DNA of 64,000 bases from the human T2T-CHM13v2.0 reference genome, Homo sapiens. The stretch lies in assembly GCF_009914755.1 (NCBI RefSeq), contig NC_060931.1, one strand, 5' to 3'. The position numbers and the translations under genes are program-made. Shown here one piece after another: positions 16,431-30,829 of the stretch (the first letter of the stretch is position 1; each line of letters opens with the position of its first letter). The notes under the pieces were generated by a model. It saw only the letters and a program-made list of their open reading frames with translations. It was not told the DNA's origin and ran no database searches.

Positions 16431-17482
16431 TCCTCCTTCCTGCCACCTTAAGAGCCTCCAGCAGTAATAGTAACAATCATAAATTCTGACATGCCTTTTA
16501 TGTATCATCTTATGAAATAGCTACCTTTATATCCCTCTTTTAAGCTGAAAAAGAAAAAAAGTACAAAGAAGTGAACTAACTTGCCCAAAGACACACAGTT
16601 AGTAAACGACATAGCCAAGATTTGAGAACAAGGAGCCAGCTCCAGGGCCCAAGCACTCAACCACACACCACCTCATTCAAGTAACCACTTATTGAATACT
16701 TGTTACGTGTTGGGTCTTGTGCCAGACACAGGGGCCAGTGGCAGTCTTTGCCCTCAGGGAGCTCATGATCTAACAATATAATAATGCATTATTCTCCTCC
16801 AGTTGAGATTTGGCCCGATTCCAGTGTGAGTAGTCTCCCCAACCCAGCTCGCCAAACCTGGCTCCTGAGTACAATATGACGCCATTAAAAAATAATAAGC
16901 AACGTGCTACAGGAAAAGGCAACAGGAGCAATTGTCTCTGCTGGTGAGGAAGCATGGGCAGGAATGAACTCGGAGACAGAATTTGAGCATGTATAAAAAT
17001 GGGAAAAATAATTTAAATGTATTATACCAGAAAGAGGGAAATATTTTTTTCTGAAACAGTAAACAAAGAAATGAGCAGAGGTGATTCAATCAGCCTAAGA
17101 ACCTTCATATCTTTAAAAGCTGGGAGAATACAGCTACAAAGAGATTTCTTTTTAATGTCTGGAACTTCTGATTGAATTAGCATTAAAACTTATTCAGATT
17201 AGAATTAATTTGTTCAAATAATTGGGCAAGTTATATATGCCCAAGAACTTGTATTTCTTTCCATTTTATTCCAAAGAGTACATCCTATAGAGTTTTCTGT
17301 TTTTCTTACACAGTTGTTACATAATCCCTATTACTTTTTAAATGTAATAAAAATGGGGTCCTGGCTTTTATCCTGTCCAGAATTTTATATTCACTCATAA
17401 AAAGAGCTTCTTCCCTTTTTCCAACCTTATTCTTTCAGTAGGAAAAATTAAACGACAACGGGAAATAACTCTCTTCTAAGAT

Positions 17483-17926
17483 TGTGGTGGATCACATAAA
17501 AGGGCCTCAATTCTTCAGCCCCCCTGAAGTCACATCCTTTACCCTGTAACTTTGCAGTCACCTCCATCTGTGGTTGGTCATTCTGAGTCATTCCCTGAAC
17601 CACCCACCCAGCATAACACAAGCAGAGGCATGTAAAGTACTTGCACGGCTGAGCTTGACCTCTCTCTCTTGTTGCTGTGCTATCACCATGAGAGCAGGCC
17701 TGGAATAAGAGGAGAATGAGAGATGTCAGGGGCCAAACCGAGCCAGGCTAGATCAACCAACAGCCAGCTGACCACCAGGTACTTGAGCAAACCCAGCCAG
17801 GATCATTAGAGCCACCCGGCCAACCTCCAGCTGACCCCGGAGACATCAACACTAAAAGTGCATGGTTAAACACCAGTGATATTTTGTGATCACTGTACTT
17901 TTTTGTGGCAATAGATAATTGATTCA
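17483..17926 (+). mobile_element. MLT1H-like MaLR LTR
   Basis: tgtggtggat...cagccagctgacc...ttgtggcaatagataattgattca. Confidence 0.65.
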
Positions 17927-18043
17927 AAGACCATTCAGCATTCTTTCCTTTTTAGGATAACTTTTGAGAAGAAACACTGACCGTTTACCCTTAGGAGAGC
18001 ATTCACTATGCATGGTAGCTACTCTTTAGTTTCAATTGACAAT

Positions 18044-18185
18044 GGCCAAGTCTGGTGGCTCACAAATCCCAACTACTCAGGAGGCTAAGGCAGGAGGACT
18101 GCTTGAGGCTCGGAGCTTGAGACCAGCCTAGTCAACATAGTGAGACCTTGTCTCAAAAAAATAATAATTAATTAATTAATTAATA
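18044..18185 (+). mobile_element. FLAM (Alu monomer)
   Basis: Single Alu arm with A-rich tail. Confidence 0.85.
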
Positions 18186-18539
18186 ATGAGACTGCAGAGA
18201 AAAGAGAAATTGGCATGTTGGCATAACTTTTCTGAATATAATTTGATGATATGTATCAAGAGTTTTAAAATATCAAAGGCCAAGTTATGGTTCAAAATTG
18301 CATCTTACTGGTGGATCTGGAGGTGACATCGTTCATTCAGGTCAGACACTAAACTGTTCTTAGATACTCTTTCCACCCCATCATCAGTAACACTCTATGT
18401 TTATCCTGGATTAGAACTCCTATGTAGACAGCAGGAACTAAAGGAAAATTATCCTGTATCGCATATTCCAAAAGATGAAGCCCCCATACACAAATTCTGT
18501 AGGGGAGGGTAGGAGAAAGAAGAACCCTAGTGGCAAAGC

Positions 18540-18905
18540 ACTTATTTATTCAATTTATCAATAAATGTTTATTGAACATCAGCACTGTGCTGGGCATTGT
18601 TTTAGGCACTGGTGTTGCATCAGTAAACAAAACAAAGAATAAGTAAGTACATAATAGAGTATGTTGAGAGGTGGTAAGTGTGACGGGGAAAAAGGAGAGG
18701 AAAGGAAGAGAAAGGAAATGAAGAGGGTTGAAATAGAAGGGATTAGAAATATAAAAAGAATTTTTAGGGAAGGTGCTGACAAAAGATGATGTTTGGGCAA
18801 AATCTTAAGAGATGAGAGAATGAGCGTTGACACTCTCTGGAGGAAGAGTGGCTTGGTCAAAGGCGACAGCAAATGCAAATGCCTTTGAAACTGAAGCATT
18901 TCTGG
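18540..18905 (-). mobile_element. L2 3' fragment
   Basis: attcaatttatcaataaatgtttattgaacatcagcactgtgctgggcattgttttaggcactgg. Confidence 0.75.
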
Positions 18906-19098
18906 TCAAGCCTGCGGTGGCTTGTAGTTTTCATAGTTTTTCAGAAGAGCAAGCAGTAAAGGTAGAAGGCAATACTTCCTCAGTTCCACTGAGCTTCACT
19001 TAGATGAATACTTACCAGATTCTCCAGTTGGTCTGTGCTCACCTACCTGCTGTCCAGATGTAGGAGTCCAGGTGTCCAAATGAACAGAGGGTTGAACC

Positions 19099-19101
<3 letters not shown>

Positions 19102-19135
<34 letters not shown>

Positions 19136-19138
19136 ACA
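19102..19138. repeat. (CA)n microsatellite
   Basis: acacacacac... run. Confidence 0.95.
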
Positions 19139-19316
19139 GTTCCTTAGCAAAAGCTAGGTCTAATTTACTCACTGAAGGACAAATAATTCTGGAAACTATG
19201 ACAAACATCACAGAACAAGAAAAAGAAACAGCACCCTGAAGACTCAAAGGAAGAGTTCATCCCTGAAGATGACTCACTACTGGCAACAATTGAAATTATT
19301 AAAAAATTTCTAATTG

Positions 19317-19614
19317 GGCCAGGTGCAGCGGCTCATGCCTGTGGTCCTAGCACTTTGGGAGGCCAAGGCAAGAGGACTGCTTGAGGCCAGGAGTTCAAGA
19401 CCAGCCTGGGCAACATAGCAAGACCATATCTCTCCTAAAAAAAAAAAATAATAATTAATTAGCCAGATGCAGTGGTACACATCTATAGTCCCAGCTACTC
19501 AGGAGACTGAGGTGGGAGGATCCCTTGAGCCTGGGAGTTCAAAGCTGCAGTGAGCTATGATCATGCCACTGCACTCCAGCCTGGGCAACAGAGCAAGACT
19601 CTGGCTCAAAAAAA
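19317..19614 (+). mobile_element. AluJ
   Basis: Dimeric Alu, TSD tttctaattg. Confidence 0.93.
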
Positions 19615-19823
19615 ATATGTATTTTCTAATTGGCATTCTGAATAGCTAGCCAGAAGACATGACCCCTGAGAAATAGAAGCAAAATACATAAAAAGACAGC
19701 TGAATTGACTGAAAAATAAACCAAAACAAAAAAACAAGCAAACAATAGCAGACTTCCAATTAAGATGGAGCACTAAGCTGACTTGAAAACAACCACCACC
19801 CTCATGCTCGAAATGTAAAAAGA

Positions 19824-20425
<602 letters not shown>

Positions 20426-21153
20426 TGTTTTTAATGTAATATACAGTGAAGCTAAGAAGCTAGCAATAAAAAGAAACCTACAGCTACAGTGGTTAGTAAG
20501 AATTGGTTAAACACTTTAAGGACATGGGTTTTCTTCTGGGTCAGGACTTGAGCCCTCAGTCTTCTTATAGAGCAAGGAACTGAAAATGAACTCTTGGCAT
20601 TGAACCTGAAATTGGGAAAGTGCTGACTTCTTCATGACTGGGTTGTAAAAACCTCCTCTGCTGGCACAGAGCAGGCAATAAGTTGTTTGATGGAGGAAGT
20701 GGTGTGAACCACAGATCCTGAATCCTGACTCATGGCTCATGACAGTGCAGAACACAAATTCACGTCATCCAAATGCTTCAGAACCCCCAAGCTCCATTGA
20801 GAAATTAAGCCAGAAATTTGTCTCCCAATCAACAAGCTCTGTAGTCAGGGCAGAGGCCATTTAGAAACCACATCATAGAGATTCTTTCCCAACTCAGACC
20901 CTATTTGAAACATTTAAAAATACAAAGTTACAGTTAAAATAGGAGCTCATCATCAAAAAAGTATAAAATATATAAGGAACTCCATTACTAGGAAAGAAAA
21001 TCCACAGATGGAATGAGCCAATGGAACTTGAAATAGTACTGCATTCTAAAAAAGCCACAACATAAGTACTTTTAAATGTCCAAGTCGATGAAGAAAGATT
21101 CAAATATATGAATCAGGGATGAAAGATTATAAACCATGAAAAGGCAGGTTTGA

Positions 21154-21510
<357 letters not shown>

Positions 21511-21758
21511 TGAAGCCTGTAAGTATTTAACACGAATGAGAATGTTGGCAGCTTACAGCACTTGAAAGACCTAGCTTCTAAAAATAAGTGAATCTATCTT
21601 TTTCATATATATATATATTTACAAAGTATACTTTTATTATAATTGTATGTTTAAAAATATTGCCCAGTTGATTTTTTTTAGATTAAACTTCTGTCAGATT
21701 GACCTAAGAAAACTGATTTTCTACCCTAAAAATCTTTTTCAAAAGGTTGATATGTAAG

Positions 21759-22052
<294 letters not shown>

Positions 22053-22801
22053 GTATTGCATAATAACCTATCAGGTAAATATATCAAAATTCATTTAACC
22101 ATTATCTTACTCGGATAGTAAGAGCATTGCATACTCAATTCAACCACATCTATTCATCAATATTTACAAAGTGTCACTTATACACACTGAGGATATAGAA
22201 TAAATGGTCCCTTCTGATCTAACTAGGAAGAAAGAAAGTATACACTTATAATGCAATTTGATAAAGATAAACTCAGGTTGATATTAAAACAGGTGGGCCA
22301 GGTAAGAATATCTGATAAAATCAGGTATAGCGCTCTATACAGAAAAACACAGATCAGAACAACACAAGGAAACAAAAAGCACTTGGGTTTTTATCTTTCC
22401 AGTCTTTCTCCCCATTATCACTAACAATGGGCATTGAATTACCCTAAAAATCTTTGCCAATTTTATTGGCAAAAATGAAACCCCATTTATATTTCTCCAG
22501 GAAATATAAATTAAATTTGAACATTTCACTATAAAAAAATCTTTTATTTTCTTTGACCTCTTTCTAATATAGTGTTGGCACACCTCTTATTATATGTTCT
22601 TCATTTAGGGTATGATTTTTATCTATAATGCTTTTTGCTAATGTATTTCCAGCTTGTTTGCCTTCTAACTTTGCATATAACATTTTTTGATATGCAATGA
22701 TTTTTGAATTATTAGGTAGTCAAATATTTTTCTTGGAGTTTTTTTCCACTGCTTTATTTCTTAGAAGTTACTTTTTCTTTCAGAAATCAGCTAATTGTCA
22801 A

Positions 22802-23105
22802 GGCCAGGCAAAGTGACTAATGCCTGTAATTCCAGCACTTTGGGAGGCCAAGGAGGATGGATCATTTGAGGCCAGGAGTTCAAGACCAACCTAGCCAACA
22901 TGGCAAAAACCTGTCTCTACTAAAAATACAAAAATTAGCCAAGCATGGTGGCACATGCCTGTAATCCCAGCTACTCGGGAGGCCGAGGCAAGAGAATCGC
23001 TTCAATCCAGGAGGCAGAGGTTGCAGTGAGCCGAGCTGGCACCACTCCACTCCAGTCTGGGCAACAGTGAGACCCCGTGTCAAAAAAACAACAAAAAAAG
23101 AAAAA
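22802..23105 (+). mobile_element. AluS
   Basis: Dimeric Alu, TSD tcagctaattgt. Confidence 0.94.
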
Positions 23106-23651
23106 GTCAGCTAATTGTTATGTGTCATTTCTTTCTAGATTTTGTAGTTTTTGTTTGTTTGTTTTACATTTAATGATTTAGAAGATTTGGGGCTTATTGT
23201 GGTTTCTTAAATATTATAACTCTATTTCAAAACTATTCTGCTATGTTGAGCTATCTTATTTCATACTGTATTTTAATATGTTAGGACAGTTCTCTCCTTA
23301 CGACTTTCTTTTGCAAAAATTTTCTAGCTACACTCATTTGGATATTCTTCATGATGAACTCTGAGATAATTTTAACACATTCCAAAAGACATATTTTTGA
23401 GACTTATTAGAATTTTGTTAAAGATACTGATTTATTTCCAAAGAATTACAGAATCTAATCTTTTCATCTATGTATCTCTATTGAAGCATTTGTTTATGTC
23501 TCTTAGAATAGATACATTCTTTAAAATAAAATATAAGCTTTGTGCATTTTTGTGAGGGTCGTTTCTGCATGCTTTATTTTCATTTTATTCAAATGGAATA
23601 GTTCCCCATTAGCTTTCATATCTCATTGTTATTATGTAGGAATGCTATTGA

Positions 23652-24200
<549 letters not shown>

Positions 24201-25560
24201 AGTTTATTCTTTTGGATATTCTAGAAGTAGAATATAGAATTCTCTACATTTAACAATTGTGACTATTCCTTCATGACCATTTAAATTCTTCCTTTCCAAT
24301 ATTAATGCCAGAGTGTCTTACTGCACTATTTAGGTTCTCAACTGCAACACTGAATAAGAGTCGTGATAGCACGTAACTTTGCTGTGCCTCTGACTTCAAC
24401 GATAATACTTCTGTAGGTTTTTTAGAGATGTATCTTCTTAAGTTTAGGAAATTCCCTTCTATTTTAATCAGTCATGAGTGGGTATTGAATATTATGCAAT
24501 GTTTTTTCCCAGCATTTTCTGTCAACATAGATGAGAAGTAAATTGGCCAATTTCCACTTATTTGTGATTGTGGCTTTTGGTTGTGGTTGTTTTATATCAA
24601 AATAATAGATGACATTTGGTTTCTTCCTTAATTCCACTATGATGATAGGGCGTACTCTATAGAATTTCAGTCCTTTAAAATTGTTGAAAAGTGCTTTACG
24701 ACCCACTACATAATCAATAAATATTCTTTTTGCAGCAAAATAATATATATTCTGTAGTGTTGTATGTGTATCATGTCAATTTTGTTCATTGTGTTGTTCA
24801 ATGCTTCTATGTCCTTTCTATTTTTTTCCCTGCTTGTTCTATCAGTTACAGAGAGGAATGTGTTAAAAATCTCAGGTTGTGATGGTAGATTTGTGTATTT
24901 CTCCTTTTAGTTCTGTCATTTTGCTTCGTATATTTCAATACTATCTTTTAAAGATAGCATTGAATTGATTCTTTTTTCACTAATGCATTTTATCTCTTAT
25001 AATACTTCTTGCCTTAACATCTACTTTGTCTAATATTTTTATAGGTACAACCAATTTTCTATTAGGCACAATAGGCATACATAACCCAGAGATATTGCAG
25101 ATTCAGTTCCAGACTACTGCAGTAATAATATCATAATAAAGCAAGTCACACAAATTTTTTGGTTTCCCAGTGCATATATAAGTTATGTCTACACTATTCT
25201 ATGGTCTATTAAGTGAGCAATAGCATTATGTCTAGAAAAACAATGTACATACATTGTACATTTTAAATGAATGTATATGCGAAACAACATACATTAATTT
25301 TAAAATACTATATTGCTAAAAAGTGCTATTGATCATCTCAGCCTTCAGTAAGTTGTAATTTTTTTGCTGGTGAGGGGTCTTGCCTCCATGCTGATGGCAA
25401 CTGACTGATCAAGGTGGTGGTAGCTGAAGGTTAGGGTGGCTGTAGCAATTTCTTAATATAAGACAAAGATGATGTTTGCCACATTGATTGACCCTTTCTT
25501 TCACAAAAGATTCCTCTGTAGCATGCAATGCTGTTTGATAGCATTTTACCCACACAGTAG

Positions 25561-25823
25561 TGATGCAGGATTTTTTTGCTCCTTATCTAGGCTCCTTAGC
25601 CAGGCTCCTCCCCTGCATAAGACACGAATTCCTGGTGGCTCCACCCCATTCCCCCAGTGCTTGTGGGCCTCCAGTTCACTGCGGGCATGCTCAGGCAAGT
25701 CCCCTGTGCAGGTTCCCTTATCTGCACAAAACATCTGATGTAAACACTTGTGGGGCGAGTTGGAGATTCTCCGGGGACCCTTCCCTATCTGCCTAGGCCT
25801 TTGTCTGCCTCTTGCCTCTATCA
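25561..25823. mobile_element. ERV1 solo LTR, MER61-like, probably internally deleted
   Basis: Starts TGATGCAGGATTTTT and ends ATCA (TG...CA with short inverted termini). 4-bp TSD GTAG at 25557-25560 and 25824-25827. GC-richer than the Tigger1 it interrupts. Confidence 0.85.
25683..25702. promoter_or_regulatory. p53 response element (perfect 20-mer, no spacer)
   Basis: GGGCATGCTC AGGCAAGTCC = RRRCWWGYYY twice with no mismatch. Confidence 0.9.
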
Positions 25824-27801
25824 GTAGGACTTCCTTCAAAATTGGAATCAAAATTGCCACCATTTTATCAACTAAGTTTATGTAATATTCTAAATCGTTT
25901 GTTGTCATTTCAACAGTGTTTACGGCATCTTCAACAGGAGTAGATTCCATCTCAGGAAACCACTTTCTTTGCTCATCTATAACAAGCATCTTCCACTGAT
26001 GTCTTGAGCCCCTCAAAGTCATCCATGAGGATTGGAATCAACTTCCTCAAATTCCTGTTAATGTTGATATTTTTAACTCCTCCCATGAACCATGAATTCT
26101 CTTAATGACATCTAAAATGGTCAGAAGATTTTCAATTGACTTTGCCCAGATCCATCAGAAGATTCACTATCTATGGCAGCTACAGCCTTACAAAATATAT
26201 TTCTGAAGTAACAAGACTTGGAAGTCAAAATTACTCCTTGTTCCATGGACAGCAGAATGGATGTTGTGTTAGCAGGCATGAAAACAATATTCATCTCCTT
26301 GCACATTTCCATCAGAGCTCTTGGGTTGTTGGTACATTGTCAATGAGCAGTAATATTTTGAAAGGAATCTATTTTTTTTTTCTGAGCACTAGGTCTCCAG
26401 ACTGGGCTTAAAATGTTCAGTAGACTATGTTGTAAATACATGTGCTGTCATCCAGCCTTTGTTTTTCGATTTCTAGAGCATAGGCAGAGTAGATTTGGCA
26501 TAATTCTTAAAGGCCCTAGAATTTTTAGAGTGGTCAAAGAGCATCGGCTTCACCTTAGAGTCATGAGCTGCATTAGCCCCTAACAAGGGAGTCAGCCTGT
26601 CCTTTGAAGCTTTGAAGCCAAGCCTGGACTTTTACTCTCTAACTCTGAGTCTTAGATGACATCTTCTTCCAATAGAAAGTCATTTAATCTACACTGAAAA
26701 CCTGTTGTTTCATATAGCTCTCTTCATCAATTACTTGAGCTAGATCTTCTAAATAAATTCCTGCAGCTTCTACATCAGCACTTACTACTTCACCTTGAAC
26801 TTTTATGTTATGCAGATAGTCTCTTTCCTTAAATCTCATGAATCAACCTCTGCTAACTTCAAACTTTTCTTTGGCAGCTGCCTAACCTCTCTCAGCCTTC
26901 AGAGAATTGAAGAGAGGTAAAGCCTTGCTCTGGATTAGGCTTTGGCTTAAGGGAATCTTGTGGCTGGTTTGATCTTCTATCCAGACCACTCAAACTTTCT
27001 CCATATCAGCAAGAAGGCTGTTTCACTATTTTTATCATTCCTATGTTCACTGGGGTAGTATTTTTAATATGTTCACTGGGGTAGTATTTTTAATTCCCTT
27101 CCAGAACTTTTCCTTTGTATTCACAATTTGGCTAACTGGCTCAAGAGGCCTAGCTTTCAGCCCATCTTGGCTTTCTACATGCCTTCCTCACTAAGCTTAA
27201 CCATTTTGAGCTTTTATTTCAAGTAAAAGACATGGGAATCTTCCTTTCACTTGAACACTTAGAGGCTGTTTTAGGGTTTTTAATTGGTCTATTTCAATAT
27301 TGTTGTGTTTCAGAGAATAGGGAGGCCTGAGGAGAGGAAGAGAAATGGGGGGCTGATTGGTGGAGCAGTTAGATCACACACATTTATCAATTAACTTTGC
27401 ATGAGTGCAATTCATGGTACCCAAAAGCAATTACAATAATAACATCAAAGATCAAAGATCACGGTCCACCATAACAGATATAATAGTAATAATAAAGTTT
27501 GAAACATAGTGAGAATTACCAAAATGTGACAGAAAGAAATGAAGACAGCACATACTGTTGGAAAAATGGCACTGGTAGACTTGCTTGATGCAAGGTTGCC
27601 ACAAACCTTCAGTTCGTAAAAAATGTAATATCTGCAAAGTGCAATAAAGCAAATTGCAATAAAATGAGATATGCCTGTATTTACATGGCATAATTCTTTC
27701 CATCCTTTCAATCTTTCTGTAGCCTTTTATTTGAGGTGTCTCTTACAAGCAACATATAATTGATATTATTTTTAATTCTGTCCATAGCATTTGCCTTTTA
27801 A

Positions 27802-28140
<339 letters not shown>

Positions 28141-29964
28141 CATCTATTTGTTTCTACTTGTCTGTGTTCCTTTTTTCCCTTTCTTGCTTCTTTTATTTTT
28201 TATTTTTTCATTTCCCCTCTTTTTTACATGTTATTCATTCTTTTTCTATTACTTTTGCTGTTATTCTAGAGATTATAATATTCATTATTGATGTATTAAA
28301 GCCAAGTACTTTTATCAATTCCTATACAATCCTAGGACTTTAGAACACTTTACTTTCATTTACTCTATCTCACTTTTTGTGCTGCTATTGTGTATATTTT
28401 AATTCTACATATATTTAAACTTCACATGACGTTATTTTTATTGTTTTATATAAATTGTGTTTATTTATATCTATCCATATATATATATGTATTTATATCT
28501 ATCCATATATAAAAGGATTGATTGCTCTTCATTCCTTTAGATGTCTCCATGATTTCATTTGGGATTATATTCCATCTGCCTGAAAAACTCCTTTTGGAAT
28601 TTCCTTTAATGTAAATCAGCTGATGATCTTAGTGTTTCTTGGTTATAAAACTGGCTGTATTTTATTTTCAATTTTGAAGATCATTTTTACTGGGTATATA
28701 ATATAGGTTGATAGGTAATTTCTCCTAGCGCTTTGAAAACATTTGAAGGTGTTTAGGCTTCCATTGGTTCTTTGAGAATAAGCTTTTAATTTTATTGTTG
28801 CTCATTTGCAGATTATATCTCTGTTTTCTTTGCTGATTTTAAACCTTTTCTTTTTGATTTTGTTTCTCAGTAGTTTACAATGTGCCTAGACATGGTTTTC
28901 TTTGCTTGAAATCCTGCTCTATGTTCATAATGTTTCTTGACTCTGAGAATTGTTGTTCATTAGTTTTAAAAAATTTCCAGCCGTTATCTTTTCAAATACT
29001 GCTTCTTTTCCTTTTTTCTCTCACCTCTCTTCCTGATATTCCAATTACGTGTGTGTTAGAATGTTTTACCACATATCACATGTGTCATAGTCTCCTTTCT
29101 GAGACCTTATCTCTTTTATAGAAAGTTCTTTCATATCTCTTGTATGTCATTTTTCATATTTTGTTTTGCTTATTAGCTTCACTAATTCTTGCTTAAGTTG
29201 TATCTCATCTGTTATTAAGCCCATGATTCTGTAGTAGTTTTAGTTAGTGTGTTTTTTTCTCCAATTCCAAAATTCCATTGTATTCTTCTTTGGAGTTTCC
29301 AGTTCTCTGCTGAAAACTCTTTATCTTGCAATTTAATTTCTTGAAGATATTTAACAGAATTATTTTAAAATCTGTCTTTAAACTTTAATATCTGGATCTT
29401 CTGTGTGTTTATTTCTGTTTTCTTTTTCCCTTAGTTTTTAAGACAATTCTGTGTCCTTTGTTTAAATTAAGTTTCAGACATGGTGTATAAAATATTATAT
29501 GGGTAATGTGTTGCTCTGAATGATGCTTTTTTTCCCCAGAGAGAATATTTACTGTTGCCATTTGAAGCTGGTTTTCAGCCCTTGGGTCTATTTCCCGTTC
29601 ATCCACACCCCTAGGGTATAGCTCTTCGGAGTCCCAGCTGAAAGCCTAGTTGCTTACCAGCCCCTCATCATAAATAGGTCCTAAACTCCAATTTTTTTTT
29701 TGTCTCCCCAACCCCATGAGATGACTGAAAGCTCTGCTTACTTTCTCACTCTTTCAGCCATGGCTTTAAAATCATCAAATACCTCATGGGAAAAGTGGTG
29801 GCTTTCTGAGCTGCCTATCTTTCCAGGATTTCAGTCATCCAAGTCCTTGCTGGGAGAGGAAATTTTTAACTTTTGTCAACTTTTCTATTTTTTCTTAGTG
29901 AGAATATTGAACACAAATAAACTAGTATATCAGTGCCAGAAGCAAAACTCCACTGAGACAGTCT

Positions 29965-30520
29965 GAGTAGAGCAGTGGTGTGATTTGGTTTCGATTTTTA
30001 AAAGATCACTCTCATTGCCTTGAAAATGAACTATGCGACATTAGGGAGAAAGAAGGATGGAAGCAGGTGGTCCAGTTAGTAAACTATCACAATAATCCAG
30101 GTAAGAGATAACGATGGCTCAGGCCATGGTGGTAAGGTGGAAATAGAGAGAAGTGATCAAACGCCGCATCTAGTTTGAAGGAAAAGACAAGAGGGTTTAC
30201 TGACAAACTGGAGATGAGCATGAGAGAGGAATCAATGCTCATCCCAAGATTTTTGGCCTGAACAGCTAGAAGGAAGGAGATGAAGAAAACTGAGACGGGG
30301 AAAGCTGGGTAGGAGTGCATTCATGAAGACCAATCAGCAACTTACTTTTGTGTATGTTAAGTCTGAGATGCTAATTTGACATGTAAGTGGAGATGCCAAA
30401 TGCATAGTCAAATACACCAGTCTGAAGTTCAGGGAATATTTGGAAGCTAGAGATACAAATTCTGTAGTCATGAGCATATAGATGGTAATTAAAGTCGTAA
30501 GACCGGATGAGAGGACCTCG
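29965..30520 (-). mobile_element. L2 fragment
   Basis: ttttaaaagatcactct...aataatccaggtaagagat...ttttggcctgaacagctagaagg. Confidence 0.75.
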
Positions 30521-30607
30521 AAAGTAAATATAGAGACGACTACAGACAATATAATAGTGTCTATTTCATAGGGCCGGTGTGCAGGGTTAATAATATTTAT
30601 ACAACTC

Positions 30608-30782
30608 TGCCTCCAGACCCCTCTCCCAGTGTACGGAGATCAGGATCTCATCACCCCTCCCCACCACGTGAAGTCCTGCTTACAGCTCAAATGCCTTTTA
30701 TTAACCGAAGTGCCTCCAGACCCCTCCCCTCCTCACCACGTGAAGTCCCGCTTACAGCTCAAATGCCTTTTATTAACCGAAG
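30608..30782. repeat. Imperfect tandem duplication upstream of STK17A (103-bp and 72-bp copies)
   Basis: tgcctccagacccctc at 30608 and 30711; caccacgtgaagtcc(t/c)gcttacagctcaaatgccttttattaaccgaag at 30662 and 30734. Confidence 0.95.
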
Positions 30783-30829
30783 GTCAGCTTTTGTGACTCT
30801 CAGACGCTCAACAGGTGCGCAACTCTGCT

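Larger units (their letters stand above)
25072..27677 (-). mobile_element. Tigger1 DNA transposon (TcMar-Tigger), near full length, transposase decayed
   Basis: Termini taggcatac... and ...gatatgcctg|ta. Minus-strand ORF remnants 26121..26312 ([20 protein letters not shown] domain) and 25546..26022 (DEQRKWFPEMESTPVEDAVNTVEMTT) resemble Tigger1/TIGD1 transposase. Confidence 0.92.

Noticed and set aside
25546-26312. Transposase-like ORFs as a possible domesticated TIGD gene
   Set aside because: Fragmented by frameshifts, stops and an LTR insertion, so a decayed Tigger1 copy
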